This document shows positions 40,566 to 52,795 of a stretch of DNA of 64,000 nucleotides, one piece after another. The notes beneath the pieces were generated by a model that saw only the letters and a program-made list of their open reading frames with translations, ran no database searches and was not told the DNA's origin. The position numbers and the translations under genes are program-made. Within the stretch, counting starts at the first letter, position 1. Every line of letters begins with the position of its first letter. Origin of the DNA: Coniocarpon cinnabarinum (lineage: Eukaryota); NCBI GenBank assembly GCA_051942205.1, contig JAVECO010000038.1:62001-126000 (forward strand), in the 5' to 3' direction.

Positions 40566-43484
40566 ATGGCCCGTGGCGGGTGCTCAGATCCGGCGCGGGC
40601 CTCCATCTGCTTCGGTTTGCCACACCGACAGGATGTCGCCCTCCCCGGCGACCCCAGGTTCAACGACGTCCTCACCGCTCACTATGACGACTCCGCGTTG
40701 CGAGCGCAGGAGGAAGCTATCGCTCTTAAACAGAGAGCCCAAGCTTGTGGCGCGGAGGACTTCTGGGAGGTGATGTGTACGGGGCTGGCAGACCTCTTGG
40801 ATGCTCAGCTTTCTTTCATCTCAACTCGAGTCACGCATGACCGCACCACGGGCAATGAGCTTCCACCCATTGGCGAGGTGGGCTCTTATCTCAACGCATT
40901 GGGACTCTACTTTCACGAGCCTGCCAAGTCGGTGCAGGGGTTCAGTCGCGAAGTGCTATACAAAGCATGGGACTGTCCCTGCTCCGGCATGAAACATGGC
41001 AAAGTGTTCATTATCCCCTCAGATGCTGACAAGTTCAACCCGCACAACCCAAATGCGCAATTCCTTCCTTTCGAGTTGGAAGCGTACATTGGGTTGCCTT
41101 GCATTCTGAAAGGTGTGTGCGTCGGTCATTTTGGCGTCATCTGGACAAAAGCCGGAGCGGCGCGACGTGCTCTCAGCTGGAGCGCCATTGAGTCACTGCT
41201 TCACTCTTTCGAGGACATGGTTCAGGCGCGTATCATGGCCTACATCGAAAAAGACAGCCTAGCTCACTGGCGTTCATTGCCTGCCGAGACAACGTCGAGC
41301 GAACAGAGGTCGAGTCTGGACTCATTCAAGCCTTATGCTCAGATTTTGTCACATGAGCTGCGAACTCCCATGCAAGGCATCGTTGGTCCTTTAGATTTGA
41401 TTCAGGCAACTATTCGGCAAGCTGCAGAGGGACAACTGCAGCTGCACGGTAATGACTGGGCTGGCCTGAATGAGGATATTGCTGCTGTTCAGAGTACGTA
41501 ACAACATTTGTGGAGACTGCCTGATCATGTTCGCTCACAAATGATCCAGATAGTGCAAATCGTGCGACTGACACGGTTGAGAAGATCATTGATGCTTACA
41601 AGCTCGACATGGGCCGGCCTTTGAAGTCGGTGCATGCTGAAAGCGCCGCCATCTTGGATGCGACGATTCGGATCCCGGCTGGACCACGCGCACGCCGTCT
41701 GTCGGCAACGACGGCGAATCCTCGTGGCACGAAACGCAAGTATGTTGAAGGCGGATATCACGAGCACGTGCATCAGTCTCAAAATCATCCCAGGGAGCCA
41801 TCAAGCCCGTGGCAACCAAGTGCGACAGATTTCGACGTCCTAGGTTTGCAGCAACGCCAAATTCCGCTTCTGGACACTCGCGTCCAGGATGCACCTGAAA
41901 GTGTTTCCGAACAAACGCCAGCACAGCCACCAAATTTTGATGCGTTGGAAGTGGCCAATGTGAGCACGTCAGGCCTGATGAATTGCAACATCAAGGACAT
42001 GGTTCGAAATGTCGTTGACCAGTCTTCGAAGAAGAACATTCAGCCGAAGAATGTTGTCGATGAAGAGACATCTATAGGTCACGTTCTCAGGGCGTCTTAC
42101 CGGCAACAAAACGGCGAATGGCATCACAAGAAGGTCGCGTGGTCGGTCGCAGAGGAGGTACCCGAGACGATTCTAGGTAAGAAACTGCAATATTCTCTGC
42201 GCTATTTATACAGAGCACGACTGATCTTGGTTCATTCTAGTTCGCGAATCAGACCTCGAAAGACTAGTAAGTCTGGTCTTCGAGAATGCCTTGAAGTTTA
42301 CTGCGAGCGCGGACATCGAATTGAAAGCCGACCTCGATATTTCCGGCGACCACATCGTCTTCTATGTGACGGATACTGGACCCGGCATACGCCCACAACT
42401 GCAGCCCAAGATCTTCCAACCTTTCACGCAGGGAGACACTTCCATCACTCGCTCTAGCGAAGGGACCGGCCTGGGCCTGTTAGTTGCTAAAGGTCTTGCC
42501 GACAAGCTGGGTGGAGACGTCATTCTTGCTCGCTCTGAAACTGAAGGCAAAGGGCATGGATCCGAGTTTCACATTCGCATCCCAATCACACCACCCGGAT
42601 TACAGACCCCGACGTCGCAAGCTTCTGCGCCGCCCTCGGTTGCGGGGACCGCCACAGAAACTTATCACCGTCGGCAGAGTTCAGACTCTTCGCATCTTCT
42701 CAGAACAGGCTATCCGCCCGCGCAACCCACGTATCAACCGTTCGGTCAGCTGTCTCAGGTTCTCATCACCCCAGCATCGTCGACGAATGTATCGCCCAAA
42801 ATGGAGACCCTGGCCGAAGCATCAGAGCAGCAACAAGCTGGTCCCAGTCAAGATCAGCGTGAACAGAGTGGCAGCTGTGGCAAGGACGAAGAGGCAAGCC
42901 ATCCCCTCACCTTCCTCGTCGTCGAAGACAACCAAATGATCCGCCTGAGCATCGTCCGAATGCTCACCAAGCTCGGCTACGACCCCTCTCGCATCTACCA
43001 AGCCTGCGATGGTGCCGACGCCATTAGACAAGTGACCGAACTCCACAAACGTCACGCCGAAGAAGTCCGAGCTTACGGCTCCAGTCGCACACCCCCTATC
43101 GATCTGGTCCTGATGGACCTCTGGATGCCCGAGGTGGATGGCTACGAAGCCACGAAACGCATACTCGCACTCTACTCCCCGGAGAACGCCCTGCCCTCCA
43201 AGACAAGCATGCGCCGGTGCGTCAGCGAGCCTGGAAATGTACCCCTTGTGAACAGCAGCGATGGCGGTGTCAAGACCGTGGTCGCGGCGCAGGGCCATGC
43301 CAAGGTTATGATTCCGCCGACCATTTTTGGGATTAGTGCCGATGCGACGGATGATGCGTCTGCTCGTGCGACGCAGGTCGGCATGAAGGCTTTTGTGCCG
43401 AAGCCTTTCAAGCTTGCTGTATTGGAGAAGTTTATCGAGGAGGCGAAGTTGAGTCGGGCGCTGGCGAGGCAGAGTGGGCCGTGA
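40566..43484 (+). CDS. Cytoplasmic hybrid sensor histidine kinase (GAF-like N-terminus, HisKA, HATPase, receiver)
   Basis: H-box SHELRTPMQGI; N-box ENALKFT; G1 DTGPGI; F-box FQPFTQ; G2 GTGLGL; receiver VVEDN...LMDLWMPEVDG...KPF. Introns 41494-41549 and 42177-42240 restore the frame. Confidence 0.9.
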
Positions 43485-45206
43485 TGTTGAGCGTGGGTCA
43501 CGGTGGGTGGAATGAAGGAGAAGTTCGAAAGCCAAAGGGTAGGGGGAACTCAAGAGACAACGCGGTGGAAGAGAGAACATTTAAAAGAGGAGGAGTCTTA
43601 TGAAGCTGATGAGAGACGACGTCATGATGATGAGGACGTTTTGGTTGCAGCGTTCAAGCGTGGCGTTGGGAACCCATCTATCAAGGGGATGGCACATATT
43701 GGGGACATGCATCTGCATTCATCTTGAAATATGCATTTGCATTTGGATACTAGATATCTAGGTGGGTTAGAAATAGTAATAGCAGAGCACCCATTATTTG
43801 GAAACCTTTGATACTCTCTGTTGAGTGCTTCTTTCGACATGCTTACTGCACACTGGAAAAGGTTGATTGCAGTACTTATTGTCGGATCATGGGATATAGC
43901 AACGAAACGCTTGTCGCCTCTCGAACCCGAGAAATGTTCCTGAAGCAGAACAAAATTTTTGCTTTCTTAAGACCTGTACCACACTTTATCTATGACACTT
44001 TATCTATGACGCCTTGTCTTTGCGGGAGGGGGTTTTGCAAGGGGGATTTCGCGAGAGGGAGTTTTTGAATCGTGGCGCCTTCGCTATATTCAAATGAGAT
44101 TTTTACTTATGCAATGACGTCTCCAGTTGCGTAATGGGTATCCTTTTGCTTAAAGCAAGAATGATTTCCGATGTATAATGGTATCTGGTTCACTTGGGAT
44201 GACTCGTGGTTACTTGTGATATCGTCCTCTCTTCCTTTCGTCGATACACATTTCGATACGTCTATTCGCCATCATATCTCTGCAGATACATAAAAACGAT
44301 CCTGCTACACTCTACGGCTTGGAGTAGCAGCATTTTTTATGCAAGGCTGAATGCGAGAGCAAAGCAAGGCATCTTTGCTGATGGTGAGGAATAGCTAGGG
44401 AGGGAGAGATACGGGAAAGAAGAAAAACAAAAACCCGAAAAGGAACAGATCGATGTGAGAAAGCGGAGATGGTCAGAGTTGGGAAGAGGAGAAAGGGTAG
44501 GCGGCGACTCCTTCCTGGGACTACTTGCGGCGTGCCGATTAGCGTCGTCGCGTAGGAGCATGAGTTGCTCAGTACGATCCAGACATGGCGTTTATAACGT
44601 TGGGACGTGAGTCACGGTTGCGCATCAGGTTTTGTGGGCACTCTGGACCCTGAGACGCTATTTCGAGTACTGGAATGATACATATGTGCTTGCACTGTGT
44701 AAATGATGTGCATGGACTGAAAAAGATTCTAGCGTTCCAGGAGCAGTATCAGTATTGGTTTCAAGATCAGCATCAGTATCGATATCGAAGGCGGTATCAG
44801 GACCTTCAGCAGTGTCAGACCTACTGTGTCGTCAATGTAATTCGCATCGTCCATGGTTTCGCTCTACCCGTTACTTTCTGCCTCTTGTTCACTCGAATTG
44901 AACTATTTCTCTGCCAGTGCTGAAGAGATGATATGACCTGTTAAGGAAGCCTGTTCAAATGAGATGATCATGAGAAGAGTGACATGTCATTTGCATATAC
45001 GTATCCGCATATCTATTTCGCTTGAGCAAAATACTGCGCATAGCAAACTGTCGCTTTGTTTCTCAAGTAGACTAGAGTGCGCCGCACCTTCGTTAGATTA
45101 AAAGCAGCTCATGTCGGTGACACGCATAGAGGGATGCTGGTGCGTCGTTAACGGCCTGATTTGGCCGACCGATATGCACTTGCACCCGTTAAATCTTGAT
45201 GTCACT

Positions 45207-45929
45207 TCAGGATACGGCCGAGCCTGCTGTAAATCGGCCGCAGACTACACTTCCCAAAAACACGCCTGCGAGGATGGAGAGAAAGTATCCCACGTTCATT
45301 GTCATTACTGCGATCATCCTATGTTGTATCGTCAAAGGGAGGTCAAGGAAAGAAGACTTCGAGCATCAATCTTCTTTTGAGAAGCATATAAGCGTGACTT
45401 ACAGCAAGTAACTGACACCCGCAATGATCATATCCAGTATACCAAGACTCATTGCCTCATTTGCACGCCACGGCCGCCGTCGAGATGGGATCGTCCCGTC
45501 ATTAGTGAAAGAAGCGAATCCAGCACCACCTGTCCGCAAGCCACGCAGGCCACGTGACCAAACCCACGCATTCAGATCCCAGAAATGGACTCGAATCGCC
45601 AACAGCGCGCGAAAGATAGCCGCAAATACGATGAGAAAGACGCATGTGCCGGCGTATTGACCTGTATTGTTTGGTGTCCATGCTTGAGAAAAGAGGGGTG
45701 TGGAGGTCGAAGTGAAGAAGACCATGGTCATTTGGCTCATACTCATTGTCATTGAGCTGGACGATGACATGTCTGACATGTTTGACATTGGTGATGTTGT
45801 TGAGGGAGAGGCGCCAGACATGCTTGTCATGCTGCTCATGGACATTCCTGACATGAGCATTTGAGACGCAGTGGATGTAGGCATCGACATGGCCATGCCG
45901 TCCATGTCGCTCATACTGGAACCAGACAT
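45207..45929 (-). CDS. ctr: Ctr-family copper transporter (Met-rich N-terminus)
   Basis: Mets motifs (MSDMDGMAMSM...MTMSMSQMTMVFF), TPLFSQAWTP, GQYAGTC. After a 3' intron: LMIAVMTMNVGYFLSILAGVFLG (MxxxM-x12-GxxxG). Confidence 0.92.
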
Positions 45930-46051
45930 GACCGTGCTGCTGACTCGGATGACTGGAAGTGATTATTTCAATCGATGATGGAGCTGCCTTGACCTGAGAG
46001 AGTGTGTGTCGTGATGCAGTGTATTTATGGTGAACTGTCAAGTGGCCCAAA

Positions 46052-46488
46052 GAGCAGGAAGAGCAGAAACGACAGCGACGTTATTCGCCGAGCACACCGC
46101 GGATTCACACTCAGCGAGCAGCATCTACGCTGATTAGCCTGCATATTGCTCTAACTCGAAGTTCCTTCCTTTGCCAGTCTCGTGTCATTGAAACTTGCTC
46201 AGGTGGGCCATCCTCGAACGCGATTGGCTCGTGCGGGTTGCTTCTCCATGCGGACAACAAGGGGCCTCAAATTGTGAGCAAGTTTTGACAACATCCGCTT
46301 GCGCGTTCCTACACGCCAGCTATACTGTTTTCGGCGTGACAGACGAATCCAATGCATTGGTCCAGGTCTGAGCAGCGTTGTAGCGGCAGCAGCTTTGCAC
46401 TTGAACTGTCATCTCAGAAAGCTTTGAGACGACGTCTGATACTACTTTGACGAGAAGGAGAGATGCTTGCAGAGTGATGCTTTGCTCA
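46052..46488. promoter_or_regulatory. Cluster of putative Mac1-type copper-response elements in the divergent ctr/reductase promoter
   Basis: Nine GAGCA/TGCTC cores: 46052, 46061, 46090, 46116, 46147, 46196, 46276, 46370 and a full TTTGCTCA at 46481. Confidence 0.65.
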
Positions 46489-46629
46489 TCACCAGACTTG
46501 ACCGTCCGCATCGTCTGAGGTCCCTTGCTGCCGTTGAAATATCATCACTTCTTTCCCATACTTGCAGGGAGGCAATCCAGTCTGGAGTGGCTCCTGAGAC
46601 TTTGAACGTTCCTGTAGTATTCAGACATC

Positions 46630-48825
46630 ATGGCCGGGTGGCTCACTCAGCCAGTACAATTGCATGGGAGCCGGGAGTTCGAGTGTGACGACCTTACGCC
46701 CGAACAATGCAGCTTCTACATGCATCGCTGGCATTTTTGGTGAGTACGAGAGCAGTGTCATCGATGTGACAATTACAGGCAAAGCCACGACCTTGCGCTG
46801 ACGATGACGAACTAGGTATGAAGCCGATCATGTCTTTGCACTGCCGACGATAGCCTTCTTCATGTGTGCCATAGGCATCTTCGTCATGGGACATGTCATA
46901 ACACGCACGATTGGGTATCGCCTAAGTTCCCAGTCTGTCATATGGCGCAAAGGGGTTGCAGCAACACGATATATGTCCTACCGTGGCTTTCACCTACCGT
47001 TTTTTCGATGGAACTCCGCTTCTGTCGGACTGCTCGGGTTAGGGATTTTGGGGACCATCTTCTTCTTTTGTGCGTATCCCGCAACACCGACCCTGATAAC
47101 ATTGGTTGCTCATAGCGATTCAGGCATGAACTTGATCCCACAACCATATTACTGGTCAAGCGAGGACTTCGGCAACTCGCCGCCGCTGGGCACTCGGTCA
47201 GGATGGATGGCGCTGGCGTGCATGCCTTTCGTTTTGTAAGTCCAATAGCCGCAATTTGATTATTGATTGCAACTCATCCATGCTAGTGCAACAGCAAGCA
47301 AAGCGAACTGGATCACACTAATGACAGGCGTCCCTCACGAAAAGCTTCAGGTGTTTCATCGGTGGATCTCCTATGCGTTCTTCGTTCTGGCGCTCATGCA
47401 CACATTTCCATTCGTCGTGTATCACGTTCGTTTCCATGATATGGTGGAGCAGGTCACCTCAAGTAACCCATTGGTCTACTGGACGGGAATTGTTGCAATC
47501 ATTTTCCAGGCATGGCTTACTTTTGCGTCTTTCAGTACTATTCGGTAAGCGACGACGTGCAGATGATTTACTCTTTGTGGCTGACTGAATATCTGCGCAG
47601 CAATCTCGGCTACGAGTTCTTCAGAGTGACGCACTTTATCGCAGTCGTCATGTTTGTGCTGATCTTTTTCTGGCATTGCGATTATGCCCTCACGTCCTGG
47701 TAAGGTCCACAACTCTGTCTTTGACCGTACAGCGCATGAGAACTCTGACAATTGTGCAGGGACTACTTCATCGCGACTGCAGCAGTGTACATTCCTTGCT
47801 TTGTTTATCCGTGGCTCCGCACCTGCTTCGAGTACGGCACGAGTCAGCGGGCACAGATTTTCGTCGAGGACAACGGCTTCACTCGCATCACGGTCCCTGC
47901 AAAATTCGAGTGGGCGCCAGGTCAGCATTGCTTCCTGCGCTTTCCCAGTTTTGGCATTCATGCACTGACATCCCATCCCTTTACGATCTGCTCTCTGCCC
48001 TCGGCATCGCCGGATCAGCCCTCTCACATCACATTCTATATTCGCCATCGAGGCGGTTTCACTGCAAGACTGTACAACCACGGGATGAAGCAACCGGGTG
48101 TTTCTGTACCCGTGCTCGTGGATGGTCCATACGGAGGTGTTGATCCGAGAAGCTTTTGCAAAAGTGATCGCCTTCTCGTAATCGCAGGCGGTTCAGGCGC
48201 GGGGTGGACGTTGCCTTTCATTGAACTCTTTGCTCGACACCAGCATACCCAGCCAAAGGAAGGGCAACATCCTGAGCGAGACCCAGAAAAAGTCCAAGAA
48301 GATGCCCAGAGCGGCTCGCTGAGACCAACAGGGCCTCAGTCCATGCGGGTCGTGCTGGCAACGAGAGGGAACGCAACACGTCTGTGGTATCACAGCACCA
48401 TCAACAGTCTCCTCTCAAATGTTTTACTACCATCTTCAGGTCCGGAAGTCGATGTTCAGGTACATTTGACAGGAGAAGCCGAGGAGCATAGCGACTCACC
48501 ACAGGTTCTCAGCGACTTGGAATCTGCATCGGCATCTTCAGTTGACAAGATGGAGACGCAGAAAGATGGCGGCAGCAAGGTACTTCATCAAACAAATGGC
48601 ATTAGCGGCAAAGAATACCACGGGCGACCACACTTGCCCAAGATGATTGAAGACGAGGCGACAAAATCCGTAGAAATGGGCCAGTCGTTGGCCGTATATG
48701 TGTGTGGACCCGACACCATGCAAAACGATGTTCGCAACGCTGTTGCAAGGGCAAACTTGAAGCTTATAGAAGCTTCAGGGCCAGGTGCAGTCTATCTCCA
48801 TCAGGAGCATTTTTCCTGGGCATAG
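46630..48825 (+). CDS. fre: Ferric/cupric reductase (FRE/NOX-like metalloreductase)
   Basis: Six predicted exons. Heme His motifs (FHRW...LMHTFPF, THF...FWHC), FAD motif PGQH...SHPFTI, DGPYGG, NADPH motif IAGGSG, VCGP, terminal EHFSW. Confidence 0.92.
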
Positions 48826-49591
48826 AAGAGGGATTACTGCACGTAACCACTGGGCGACTTCATACCGTTGTTCACTCGAGGTGAATGATGCGTGATATGA
48901 TAAGACATTGAATCGAATCTGACTGATCATCATGCTTGGACATAGAGCATCCCGTTGTGCTTGAGTCGAAACGGGGGAAGAGAGCGGAGCCAGCTCTGGA
49001 GTATTGAATCGTGATATTCATGCAGTCTTTCGAGGCAGTTCATGAGCGGCACCATGGCATGCGCATCTGAATATTGCTGGGAAATACAACAGTTAGTCGC
49101 CCACATACGGAGGCTTTACAGCCTGTGAACCTCTGAATTCTCGCCAATGGTCACACAAGCTTCTGAGATTCCCTTCTCCAACCTCTTCTCCATCGGCCCG
49201 ATCTCCGTCCGCAAATAAACGGCAATAATGCGCGCGTTAGACCTTCAAGAGACGCGTGCCCATCCTGCCGATCCGAAGTCTAGACGTCAGCTCCGTCATC
49301 ACCACGCACTTGATCAGACGCACGGCGAGTCAGTGGAAACTTGCTCACTTTTCTGCACAAAGGTATATCGGTATTTGGTATCATCTGTTCTCCTCCAACA
49401 GGGCTCTCCGTCTTGATCTCTCGTCTGCCATATTGCAAAGGAGCACAGCGTTCTCCAACTTCAGCGGCTTAGACGCTTCATCTGCCATTAGACACACTGC
49501 AGACTTTTAAACTCGCCAAAACTCACGGGCAGCACCTGTGTCTTATTTAGGCGAATCAGTTCTTTCATTTTCATTTCCCAAACTCTTGAAA

Positions 49592-50497
49592 ATGGATTCC
49601 ATGTCGTCAATGGCTATAACAATGCCGTCTACAGGCACAACAGTGGCAGCTACAGGAGCCACGACTAATGCAGGCATGTCCATGTCTTCGTCAATGAGTA
49701 TGAGCAACAGCAGCATGGGAACAATGGGAGGCATGAGCGGCATGGACACAGACTGCAAGATCTCAATGACCTGGAATTGGTATACTGTCGGCGCCTGTAT
49801 GTGCTTGCGTCGCCAATTCTTTCCACATCGAAATCTTCCTCTGACATGACCAGGTTTCATCTCCAAGTCATGGCGAGTCACCAGTCCAGGCATGTTTGCG
49901 GGTTCTTGCATCGGTGTCGTTTGTTTGGTCATCTCGCTCGAGTTCCTCCGCCGTCTTCAACGTGAGATGGATCGATTCGTTTCACGGCCTTCTCGCTCCA
50001 GATATATAGACGCTCCAGTGTCTCGAGAGAGCAGCTCATTCCCGGATCACGACGTTTCAAAAGCGCCTTCTTCGTGCAATGACATGGCCAAATCTTCAAG
50101 GCCGAACCTTCGTCTGCTCCCTCAAACAAGTGTGTCAGGGCAGCAACATGGTCATCCTCCTACCAGTCTTTTGGTACGCAACCAGCTGCTTCGTGCCCTG
50201 CTGCACGCGGTGCAAATTGGTGTGGCGTACTTCATCATGCTGCTCGCCATGTACTACAATGGTTCGTCGAGACTGCGATATCGTAAAAGGACAAGCACGG
50301 CTGACCGAGGAGCAGGCTACATAATCTTTAGCATCATTATCGGTGCTTTCTTGGGCTCGTTCATTTTCAGCTGGGATCAGCTGCGTGCGCCGTATGTTGT
50401 GAATATTTCAAATTGAAGTAGTGTTCGGAGAACGCTGACTAACTTTGAATCCAGGCGTACGAGTCAATCAAACGATGTGACGTGCTGCTGTGGATGA
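49592..50497 (+). CDS. ctr: Ctr3-like high-affinity copper transporter
   Basis: Met-rich N-terminus, CKISMTWNWYTVGAC, FAGSCIGV...LEFLRR, YFIMLLAMYYNGY...GAFLG. Three introns. Ends VTCCCG*. Confidence 0.92.
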
Positions 50498-51796
50498 AAC
50501 AGTGATGTGCAACGACATGTGGTAATGGCGTGGACATCTCTGCACTTTCATCAGGCCTCCCGAACAATCATCTGGCGCAGCGCATTGATACATCTCTTAA
50601 CTCTCTCAATGCAGCCGTTTTCTTGACGACTTTTGCCTGTGGCTCGAAACGCATAGATACTTCCGCAAGGATTTCGCCCCTAAGCAATGGTGTCAAACTT
50701 GGGCCGAACCTTTACAATCCCATGCAGAGCGGGTCAGCAAGGTGGAAAACGGCGTCCAGCGAAAGCAGAAGGGCGGAGCATGGATAGCCCGGCAACGGCT
50801 TGAATCGTGTATCATAGCCAATCAATGAGCTTCTGTACAGCTCGCTGAGGTATCCTCGGGACGTTCTTGGGTCAAATGATGCCTTTAAGTGAGAGGATTA
50901 GAGAGCAATGTGAGAAACTCATTGGCAAACTTGGCGTTGCCACTGCCGGCAGTCGTCAAGGCCAACACCACCACCACAGCTTGATGTGATCGCGCCCAAT
51001 GCAGCCATATGGAGCATGATGACAGCAGTCCCCACCCTGGATAGACAGCGTGAATCTGCGGAGCTGCCTGATGCTAGAACAGAATGGTAGAAGATAGTCA
51101 GGCGCCAGTGCGCTCGCAAAGTTACAGTCGTAGGCAATCACTCGCAGCTGTGGCGCGGTCACAGCGTGCTGGGTCGCTCGGACGTTGCTTTTGCCATGAC
51201 CACATTAACATTGTTTTCAGAGACAAATGACTCCGCTTGCAAGGTTGACACGGCTTGTACAACTCAAAAACCGTCGGTAGCAGGAGCAACAGATAGGCAA
51301 GACTATCCCTTCTCAAAGAGACGCCGCGTGCATCGAGAGCCCCGTAGGTAATCGGGTGTCGTGCACACGTCAGAGGACCACGGCCGTCCAGTCATGCACC
51401 CGGGTTCGAGGCGCAAGCTCGAAGCTTGCAGAGCATGTGGCTCTGTACGGAGGAAGGCATTTTTCCCTGCAAGAGAGAGGTGTCTGCATTCCGCGGAGGT
51501 CCCCTGCCGTGTCTGATAGTCACAATCGTCTGCGGGAGGGGGTGTGACATCAACGTGCGGCCCTTCCAGCTATTCATTAGCCCTGGGCTGTCTCATTCAG
51601 CTTTTTGTTTTCTCCTCCTCCTGGATACACCTGTATCTACTCTTAACCCTCCCCAAACTCAGTCGCTGCTGTGGAAGCATTGCCTAAGAGCAACGATATC
51701 ATCGAGGTAGAAGCATGTGCTCAGCCATCACGCACGTTCTCTGTCCACAATAATTTGCTGACTGCCTCAGGAGAACGTCTATCGACCATCACAGCC

Positions 51797-51910
51797 ATGG
51801 ATCCATGCACGAAATGCAATTGCGGCGCGAACTGCAATTGCACGGATTGTAATTGTGTGAGTAGCGCAAGAAGGGAGTGCTGGCATTGTTGACCTGGGCA
51901 GTCATCATGA
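51797..51910 (+). CDS. Metallothionein (~22 aa, 7 Cys): MDPCTKCNCGANCNCTDCNCSS
   Basis: Start context acagccATGG. Exon 51797-51856, intron 51857-51901 (gtgagt...ttgac...gcag), then TCA TCA TGA. CxC pattern typical of short fungal Cu-thioneins. Probable 5'-UTR intron 51707-51770. Confidence 0.8.
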
Positions 51911-51974
51911 ACATATGAACAATGTATTGGGTCTGGTCAGCTATGTGGGCCTATAGGGTGAAATGGACGTGACT

Positions 51975-52016
51975 GCTGGCGAGTTTGTGCTGGCGAGTTT
52001 GTGCTGGCGAGTTTGA
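51975..52016. repeat. 14-bp tandem repeat x3 (TGCTGGCGAGTTTG)
   Basis: Directly visible just 3' of the metallothionein. Confidence 0.9.
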
Positions 52017-52795
52017 CAGAATCATGTACCAGTGTATGCATTCAACTTTGGAGAGAATCACCGAGAGATGAAGGATATACATCAACTGCAGCGCAGTTGT
52101 CGGAAGGGTACAATCTTGGCAGGGTACGTGTAGTATGCCTATCTGTATCTACGGCGCTATGAAGTCCTTGATCTTTAGCGTCTTTCATTTTGGAGTTATC
52201 GGCGCTTGTTTATCGTAGTCACAATGAAGCGTTACCAGAGGTAACCACATTGTTTCGCTTCTTCGTTATGCATTCCATGGCAGACCACACACTGGATATA
52301 TAAGTGCTTGCTTAATATTAGAACAAAAGGCATACAATCGGCAGAGACTCCGGAGATGTTAAAGCAGCAATTTCTGTGTTATAGCCTACCTAGGTAGCTC
52401 ATTTAGTAATTCTCGATCCTGAAAAGTGGTCGGAGGTTGTGCATGTTTTAAAGATGTTACTTTGCTCGCAAGATCCTGACCTTAGGGACCACGCCGCGCG
52501 ACTAGCGAGCCCGCTTGATACAACCACACTAAGGCATACGCCTCAGTCCTGAAGTCAGGCATGGCCTTGCTCGTGTCAGCGAATCTCGAGAGCGTAATCC
52601 TTCCCACGGCGTTGAATTTACCGAGGAGAGATACACGCCGCTCTGTGCGGATGCCGCCTCGCCGCCTCTAATCGGTAGCAACTCCGAAAATTTCATGTGA
52701 TTGAGTTCCCCGGCCTGCATGGGCTGCTGGAAAGCGGATCGGGTTGCGTCCTCTGAGAAAAGATACGGAAGTGAACTGACTGATTTCCTAGACCC

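Noticed and set aside
45207..51910. Starship-type metal-resistance cargo
   Set aside because: No DUF3435 tyrosine-recombinase captain or element boundary was seen, and the flanks are ordinary genes.
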